Translations under genes and position numbers: made by a program
NCBI GenBank assembly: GCA_963662795.1
Contig: OY759746.1
Span: 1,696,001 to 1,760,000 of the forward strand
DNA: 64,000 nt
Reading direction: 5' to 3'
Source of the DNA: Spirochaetia bacterium
Lineage (GTDB): Bacteria > Spirochaetota > Spirochaetia > CADAEX01
Shown: positions 58,225 to 64,000 of the stretch, piece by piece
How positions within the stretch are numbered: position 1 is the first letter of the stretch
Layout: each line of letters starts with the position of its first letter
The notes under the pieces: generated by a model
What the model was told of the DNA's origin: nothing
Databases searched by the model: none
Seen by the model: only the letters and a program-made list of their open reading frames with translations

Positions 58225-58685
58225 ATGATACTTGATTTACTTGAAAATCTTGACAGGTATAAATCTGTAGTACCGTTTACTGATAAGATATCGTTATATC
58301 TTAAGGGAAATGATATTAATATTCTTCCTGAAGGTAAATATCAGATTGAAGGAGAATCGATTTTTATTTTGATTCAGAAATATGATAGTCAGCCTGAATC
58401 AGAAAGAGAGGGGGAATCCCATAGGAAATATATTGATATCCAGTTTGTTCTAAACGGAGAAGAATATATTGCATATTTCCGATCCAGTATCTTGAGATCA
58501 GAGATTCGTATAATGCTGAAGAAGATATAATCATATATCAGAATGATAATAAAAACAGAAGTAAGACGTACATGACAAAGGATATCTTTGCTGTATTTTT
58601 TCCGGATGACGCTCATAAACCCGGTATTCTTGCCGGCAGGGAAAGTGCAGTAAAAGAGGCTGTAATAAAAGTAGCAGTAAAATGA
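58225..58685 (+). pseudogene. YhcH/YjgK/YiaL family gene with a 1-nt frameshift near 58476
   Basis: The first frame has ESHRKYIDIQ..L.GEE. The -1 frame continues FPIQYLEIRDSYNAEEDI...FAVFFPDDAHKPG...AVKEAVIKVAVK* (TGA 58683-58685). Joined length is 153 aa. Confidence 0.82.
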
Positions 58686-58730
58686 TTTTCTGCTGTCGCT
58701 ACTGGTTGCAGAAGATCTTAGTTTAAAAAT

Positions 58731-59300
58731 TTATTCAATTATCAGGTCTTCAAGTCTTCTTTTGGGAACATGGTGTATCCACTTGTCATCCCGCCAGTAC
58801 TTGATTTCCCTGGGGTCTTTTACCTCGTCAAGCACAACTGTTTCCTTCGGCTTTCCAAGCGCTATTACAAGAATCAGTTCAAACCTGTCAGTAATTCCAA
58901 GTTCCTTTTTGAGGCCTTCCCTGTCGATTGAGCCGAACATGCATCCGCCGAAACCCTTTTCAACAGCACCCAGAAGAATGCTCTGGCAGGCTATTCCATG
59001 GTCCCAGAAGTGGTTGGCGCTGATTTCACTGTCGCCGAGCATGACAATGTAGGCTGAAGGTTTTTCCCCGTCTTTCGGCCCGTCCCAGTCCTTTAAGTAT
59101 CCTGCCCACCTGAGGTACGGGAATATCAGGCTGTTTTTCTTTTCATCACAGGAAAGGATATACTTAAGCGACTGAAGGTTTCCGCCTGTAGAGGAAAGCC
59201 TGGCAAGCTCTATAAACTCAAGGAGATCATCCCTCGGGATTTTTACATCCTGGTAAAACCGCCTGTATGTCCGGTTTTTTAAAATCAGATCCTTTATCAT
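58731..59300 (-). CDS. Nitroreductase family protein
   Basis: NRTYRRF, GGNLQSLKY, WAGYLKDW, DHGIA, VPKR. Confidence 0.9.
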   Translation of the reverse strand: MIKDLILKNRTYRRFYQDVKIPRDDLLEFIELARLSSTGGNLQSLKYILSCDEKKNSLIFPYLRWAGYLKDWDGPKDGEKPSAYIVMLGDSEISANHFWDHGIACQSILLGAVEKGFGGCMFGSIDREGLKKELGITDRFELILVIALGKPKETVVLDEVKDPREIKYWRDDKWIHHVPKRRLEDLIIE

Positions 59301-59427
59301 ATAAAAACCTCACTTAATTAAATATAATCCTGATCGGCAGAATAAGTTACTAAAATGTTTCCAGTTTTAATTAATACAGATTGTTTATCTCTTCTGGAGT
59401 TTTTCCTGCACTCTTAGGGAATTTTTC

Positions 59428-59985
59428 TCAATTCCAGCGGTTGTAGAAAAGCACTTCATCTATCGGTTTCCGGTCCCTGGGAGCTGTTTCAGAGAGAAGA
59501 TGCTTTTCATTAAGATGTTCTGTGCTGTCTCCTTTTACGCCGAGCGCAATCAGTGCTATTACTATATAAGCATCAGACACCCTGAATATTTCCTTGATTT
59601 TAAACGGATCAAAACCCGCCATGGGGTGGGCGATTAGTCCTTCTTTCTCCGCCTGCAGCATTATATTCATCACGGCAAGTCCGGTATCAAACAGTGCATA
59701 ATCCCGTCTGTCTGAAAGGCTGCACCCGAGAGAAATCTCAGTAAGGACTGCGATTATTGCCGGGCTTTTTCCTGCCCAGTAATTTGCCCCGGTAAGTGCT
59801 TCGTGAACTTTGCCGAGTGTTTCAGGATCATCCGCGGCAATAAATCTCCATGGCTGCCTGTTGAAGCAGGAAGGGGCAAGGGTAGCGGCTTTTATAAGAG
59901 TGTTTATTGTTTCCCGTGAGATTTTCTCTTCTTTTAACTTTCTTGAAGATCTTCTTTCGTAAATTTCTTTTAATATATTATTCAT
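59428..59985 (-). CDS. Nitroreductase family protein
   Basis: RRSSR, APSCFNRQPWRF, DTGLA. Confidence 0.9.
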   Translation of the reverse strand: MNNILKEIYERRSSRKLKEEKISRETINTLIKAATLAPSCFNRQPWRFIAADDPETLGKVHEALTGANYWAGKSPAIIAVLTEISLGCSLSDRRDYALFDTGLAVMNIMLQAEKEGLIAHPMAGFDPFKIKEIFRVSDAYIVIALIALGVKGDSTEHLNEKHLLSETAPRDRKPIDEVLFYNRWN

Positions 59986-60016
59986 ATATTAATATTAGCA
60001 CATTTTTTACCGGCCG

Positions 60017-60367
60017 CTACATATTTCTTGTCGCGACTATATTTACTCCCGTACCGAATATGTCCGCAATAACTATATCGCCCATTTTTACGGGAGAAGT
60101 AAGTTCCACCTTGTTTACAAGTTTCATAATCTCAAGCTTGTATTTTTCAGGTATCGGTTTATCTGTTTTCACAGGGATGACCTTGTGGATTCCCCCTTTT
60201 ATCTTCACGGTTGAACAGATCATCCTTGTAGGATTGGTTATTTCGTCTACCGCATAGCCGATTCCCCTTTTACATTTGTTCCCCGTTATCTGAAGATTGT
60301 CAACTTCCCCAGTTATTTTAAGCCTGCACCCGATAGGGCAGACAATACATACCAGTTCTTTTTCCAT
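60017..60367 (-). CDS. DUF1667 (CxxC) protein
   Basis: CIVCPIGC, GNKCKRG, P.R...STV. Confidence 0.88.
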   Translation of the reverse strand: MEKELVCIVCPIGCRLKITGEVDNLQITGNKCKRGIGYAVDEITNPTRMICSTVKIKGGIHKVIPVKTDKPIPEKYKLEIMKLVNKVELTSPVKMGDIVIADIFGTGVNIVATRNM

Positions 60368-60369
60368 GG

Positions 60370-61629
60370 TTACACTAACCCCTCTGTTTCAAGTTTGATC
60401 CCGATATTGCCTGCAGCATTTTCAAATACGGATTTTTTAACTGTCTGTTTTATCATCTCGCCGGGAGTGAGATTTTTATGCCGGAACCTGGCAAGTTCCT
60501 TTTCCGAATCGCGTATAACTATCCAGGAGTCAGGATATACCTTGTCAACACGCATGAATAAATCAAGTTTTTCCAGCATGGCCGAGTATCTCAGCCTGTG
60601 AGGCACACAGTATGTCAGTCCGCCAGATACTGATGTATACATATACTCAGACTCGGTTTTTATCTCTCCCTTTACAAAACGGGCGGCATTGGCGCCGGCC
60701 CTCATGCTTTCCTCTGTAACAAAGTCAACCAGGTCGTGGACATGAACAACATTTCCGCACGCGAAAATTCCGGGGACCGATGTCTCCATGCTCTCGTTTA
60801 CTACCGGCCCGCCTGTTTTCCTGTCTATTTCTATACCCGCAAGGCGGGAGAGTTCGTTTTCCGGGATAAGCCCTACAGAAAGGAGAACAGTGTCGCATTC
60901 ATATTCTTTTTCAGTTCCCTTTATTACCTCTTTTTTAGCGTCAGTTTCCGCGATTACTACGCTTTCAACCCGCTCTTTGCCCTTTATTTCTATTATGTTG
61001 TGGTTTAAGAGCAGAGGAATATTGTAATGGTCGAGGCACTGGACAACATTGCGGGTGAGCCCTTTCGCGAATGAACTCCGTGCTATTACCGCGATAACCT
61101 CTCCCCCCTCAAGTACTATGCGCCTGGCCATAATCATCCCGATATCTCCTGACCCGAGGATTATTACCTTTTTCCCGACCATATAGCCTTCGATGTTGAT
61201 GTATCTCTGTGCTGTTCCCGCGGTAAAGATGCCGGCCGGCCTGTCTCCCGGAATAGCGATTGCTCCCCTTGTCCTTTCCCTGCACCCCATCGCAAGCACA
61301 ATTGCCCCGGCGCTTATGTTTACTATGCCGCTGCTGTTCATCGCCTTTATTTTTCTGTCTTTTGATATTGAAGTCACTATTGTGTCAAGCATTATATCGA
61401 TGTTGTCTTCATTAGCCATGTCTATGTAGCGCTGCGCGTACTCGGGGCCGGTAAGTTCTTCCTTGAATATATGAAGACCGAAGCCGTTGTGAATACACTG
61501 CTGGAGTATTCCTCCCGGTTCGACATCCCTCTCTATGATAAGTACCCTGGAAAGGCCGTTCTTTTTCGCCTCTATCGCGGCGCCGAGCCCTGCAGGCCCT
61601 CCGCCTATAACTACCGCATCGTAATCCAT
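60370..61629 (-). CDS. NAD(P)/FAD-dependent oxidoreductase (partner of the G3P dehydrogenase-like subunit)
   Basis: GGGPAG, GGILQQCIHNGFG, TGPEY, GCRERTRG, GNVVHVHDLVD. Start 61629 after AGAGG. Confidence 0.9.
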   Translation of the reverse strand: MDYDAVVIGGGPAGLGAAIEAKKNGLSRVLIIERDVEPGGILQQCIHNGFGLHIFKEELTGPEYAQRYIDMANEDNIDIMLDTIVTSISKDRKIKAMNSSGIVNISAGAIVLAMGCRERTRGAIAIPGDRPAGIFTAGTAQRYINIEGYMVGKKVIILGSGDIGMIMARRIVLEGGEVIAVIARSSFAKGLTRNVVQCLDHYNIPLLLNHNIIEIKGKERVESVVIAETDAKKEVIKGTEKEYECDTVLLSVGLIPENELSRLAGIEIDRKTGGPVVNESMETSVPGIFACGNVVHVHDLVDFVTEESMRAGANAARFVKGEIKTESEYMYTSVSGGLTYCVPHRLRYSAMLEKLDLFMRVDKVYPDSWIVIRDSEKELARFRHKNLTPGEMIKQTVKKSVFENAAGNIGIKLETEGLV

Positions 61630-61642
61630 TATGCCTCTCCTG

Positions 61643-63070
61643 TTATTTTGTTTTTCCTGTGAGGATATATGAGTGTTTTTTTTCAAGAACAACTTCCTCA
61701 AGCGGTTTTTTAAGTTCCCGTGAGATTATCTCCTGAACCCTCGGTCCGCAGAAGCCGCCCTGGCATCTTCCCATGCCGGCCCTGCACCTTCTTTTTACCC
61801 CGTCAACAGTTGTAGCTCCGGGACTGCGCCTGATCGAATCCACAATATCGCCTTCCGTGATATTCTCGCACCTGCATATAATCCTTCCGTAAAGGGGGTT
61901 TCCCCTGATTAATGCAGACTGGGCGCTTTCACTCATGTCAATGAAAAGCTTCCGTTTCACCAGCGGGTTAAAGTTTTTCTTTGCTGTAAAGGCGATGCCG
62001 GATTTTTTCATGATTTCAATCATGTAAAGCGCAACCGCGGGCGCCGCTGTAAGTCCTGGAGACTTTATTCCTGCGGCGTCAAAGAACCCGGGAGTCCCTT
62101 CCGCTTCCCTTATTATAAAATCCCCCGCGTCAGGCTCTGCCCTCATGCCCGCGAACGTTCTTATGCTGTTTCTTGTTGTAAGTTTCGGTACAAGAAGCTT
62201 TGCCCCGATTCTCGCTTTTTCAAGCAGCTCATCTGTAGTTGACAGGTCTTCCGGGTCATCAAGGTCATCGGATGACGGGCCGATCAAAAGATTTGTATGA
62301 ACTGTCGGGGTAACAAGTGTCCCTTTTCCCATCTTCGTGGGGCAGGGAAAAACCACTGAGTTTACAATATTGCCGTCGATTTTATCGAGGAGAAAGTACT
62401 GTCCCCGCCTCGGTTTGATTTTGAAAGAGGGTTTTGCCGCCATATTGTGCACTTTGTCGGCGAAAACTCCTGCGGCATTTATCACATACTTTGCCTCAAT
62501 TTTCTCACCGCCGCTTTCCAGAATATAAACTCCGCCCTCGTTTTTAATCGATTCTATATCAAAATTCAGCCTGTATTCGGCGCCGTTTTTAACAGCGCTT
62601 TCCATCATTGAAATTGTAAGGAGCATAGGGTCGATAATCCCGGCAGATTCCGCAAGCAGAGCCCCTTTCGCCTCCGGGTTCAGGGCCGGTTCCCTTTTAA
62701 GAAGTTCTTCCTGAGACAGTATGCTTAAAGCCGGTACGCCGTTATTTATCCCTCTCTGCATCAGTTTCCTGATATGGAGAAGCTGTTCATCGTCAAAGGC
62801 CACAACAAGCGAACCGTTGCGGCGGAATGGAACATCGAGTTCGGCGCAGAGTGTGTCAAACATCGCGTTTCCCTCAACATTTAATTTTGCCATCAGCGTG
62901 TTTTCTTCGGCATCATAGCCTGCATGGATTATGGCGGAATTGGCTTTTGATGTTCCGCAGGAAATATCATTTTCCCTGTCAAGGACAATAATCCTGAAAT
63001 TATATTTTGAAAGTTCTCTCGCAATTGCAGCCCCTGTTACGCCTGCGCCTATAATTGCAATATCGTACAT
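61643..63070 (-). CDS. FAD-dependent oxidoreductase with a C-terminal BFD-like [2Fe-2S] domain (glycerol-3-phosphate dehydrogenase-like)
   Basis: GAGVTG, TSKANSAIIHAG, GIKSPGLT, CRCE...GRCQGGFC. Confidence 0.88.
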   Translation of the reverse strand: MYDIAIIGAGVTGAAIARELSKYNFRIIVLDRENDISCGTSKANSAIIHAGYDAEENTLMAKLNVEGNAMFDTLCAELDVPFRRNGSLVVAFDDEQLLHIRKLMQRGINNGVPALSILSQEELLKREPALNPEAKGALLAESAGIIDPMLLTISMMESAVKNGAEYRLNFDIESIKNEGGVYILESGGEKIEAKYVINAAGVFADKVHNMAAKPSFKIKPRRGQYFLLDKIDGNIVNSVVFPCPTKMGKGTLVTPTVHTNLLIGPSSDDLDDPEDLSTTDELLEKARIGAKLLVPKLTTRNSIRTFAGMRAEPDAGDFIIREAEGTPGFFDAAGIKSPGLTAAPAVALYMIEIMKKSGIAFTAKKNFNPLVKRKLFIDMSESAQSALIRGNPLYGRIICRCENITEGDIVDSIRRSPGATTVDGVKRRCRAGMGRCQGGFCGPRVQEIISRELKKPLEEVVLEKKHSYILTGKTK

Positions 63071-63091
63071 TTTGAAGCCTCCTCAGGGCAT

Positions 63092-63157
63092 AAAAAAACC
63101 AGATAAAAAGACACCGAACCCGTTGTCGTTTTATCTGGCTCTCTTTTATCTCCAGCC
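63092..63157 (-). terminator. Leader terminator of a probable antitermination (GlpP-like) system
   Basis: Minus strand: GCTGGAGATAAAAGAGAG-CCAGATAAAA...TTTTATCTGG-TTTTTTT, between the promoter and the ATG at 63070. Confidence 0.72.
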
Positions 63158-63184
63158 ATTTTTATATTCTTTATGCTTATAAAT

Positions 63185-63214
63185 ATTCTATAATAATCTG
63201 TATCTCTTTGTCAA
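63185..63214 (-). promoter_or_regulatory. sigma70 promoter of the G3P dehydrogenase-like operon
   Basis: Minus strand TTGACA 63214-63209, 18 bp, TAGAAT 63190-63185. Confidence 0.6.
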
Positions 63215-63286
63215 TTAATAATATACTCAAATAAACCAAAAGCGGTAAATGTTTTAACATGCATTTCCGGAAAACGGGGATTTTAC

Positions 63287-64000
63287 ATGGCTTTATTAAC
63301 TGCATCAATTATGTTCCTTATTTATCTTTATACGGTTATTTTTTTAATCAGTCATATTTTTGTCATTGCCGGGCTTCTTTCCTCATTCAGAAGGGAAAGG
63401 AATGCCGGCAGGGCTGTTATGCCTGATGTGAAAGTATCTGTGATTGTCCCTGCGAGGAATGAGGCAGAAACACTGCCCGCTCTTTTCACTTCCCTGCTCA
63501 GCCAGAGTACGGATAATTTTGAGATAATTCTCATTAATGACAGGTCGGATGACAACACCCTTGATGTGATGAAAAGTTTCAGGGATGCCAATCCGTCCCG
63601 TGTAAAGGTCATTGAAAACAGAAAGTCCTTTACCGGCAAAAACCCGAAGCAGATGGCGCTTTCTCTTGCCGAGACAATCGCCGATGGTGAAATATTCCTT
63701 TATACAGATGCTGACTGCCAGGTCCCTGTAAAATGGGTTGAATATATGATTAAGCCTTTCAGCAGACCTGAAACAGGGCTTGTTTTTGGAACTGTGACTG
63801 TAAATAACGATAAAACCCTGCTGGAAAGGTTTCAGCAGTATGATCACCTTTTGAGATACCACTATACAGCCGCCTCTGCGGGGCTTAACATTCCTACCGG
63901 CGGTTTCGGCAATAATCTTGCGGTGAGAAAAAAAGCGCTTGATGATATCGGAGGGTTCGGCGCACTTGAGTATACCGTTACAGAGGATGCCCAGCTGATT
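63287..64000 (+). CDS. Family 2 glycosyltransferase with N-terminal TM segment (partial; runs off the window)
   Basis: MALLTASIMF...VSVIVPARNE...INDRSDDNT...YTDADC...GNNLAVRK...TED; no stop before 64000. Not in the ORF track. Confidence 0.88.
   Translation, partial: MALLTASIMFLIYLYTVIFLISHIFVIAGLLSSFRRERNAGRAVMPDVKVSVIVPARNEAETLPALFTSLLSQSTDNFEIILINDRSDDNTLDVMKSFRDANPSRVKVIENRKSFTGKNPKQMALSLAETIADGEIFLYTDADCQVPVKWVEYMIKPFSRPETGLVFGTVTVNNDKTLLERFQQYDHLLRYHYTAASAGLNIPTGGFGNNLAVRKKALDDIGGFGALEYTVTEDAQLI

Noticed and set aside
46047-58696. TTCTGCTGT present near both ends of the LacI block as a possible target-site duplication
   Set aside because: Only 9 bp, both copies lie in terminator-like hairpins, and there is no recombinase; chance is plausible.
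414-63862. Numerous 60-200 aa antisense or overlapping ORFs in the track (e.g. 5275-5772, 27454-28038, 33208-33807, 35860-36459, 63383-63862)
   Set aside because: All are shadows of well-supported genes on another frame or strand and show no family motifs.
1-64000. CRISPR arrays, tRNA/rRNA, IS elements, defence systems
   Set aside because: I saw no regularly spaced repeats, RNA gene signatures, transposase or nuclease ORFs; intergenic gaps are short and mostly explained by promoters and terminators.

Overview
Gene-dense, AT-rich bacterial window, probably from an anaerobic member of Spirochaetota. This is inferred from the cysteine-less '...F-A-G-G-K-K-E' leaders on five solute-binding proteins. 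Almost all of it is small-molecule catabolism, in five regulated blocks. (1) 0.1-6.9 kb: ROK regulator, sugar ABC transporter, iolG and a Hyi-like isomerase. (2) 7.1-13.1 kb: Thermotoga-type oxidative inositol pathway (iolN, iolO, iolM plus two extra dehydrogenases). Its GntR regulator shares a 17-bp box with the operon promoter. (3) 16.1-46.0 kb: a ~30-kb block I cannot assign to a known pathway, tied together by an ATTGT-N3-ACAAT box at four promoters including that of a FadR gene. It has five Zn-dependent dehydrogenases in two paralog sets, TTT and LIV-type transporters with two binding proteins, CoA-disulfide reductase-rhodanese, LrgAB, a Tm-1-like protein, a HOGA-like aldolase, a creatininase-family hydrolase, an SDR, a 2-hydroxyacid dehydrogenase and a hydrogenase-less NuoE/NuoF/GltD-like (Stn/NfnABC-type) complex. 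(4) 46.1-58.7 kb: LacI-regulated, more AT-rich operon with two aldolases, a class III aminotransferase, DhaKL, Fe-ADH, an NMT1-type ABC transporter, glycerate dehydrogenase and a frameshifted yhcH. (5) 58.7-64 kb: two nitroreductases, a glycerol-3-phosphate-dehydrogenase-like triad behind a GlpP-like leader terminator, and a partial GT2 gene. I saw no rRNA, tRNA, CRISPR array or transposase. Blocks 3 and 4 are the best candidates for undescribed systems. All family assignments come from motif recognition, not database searches.
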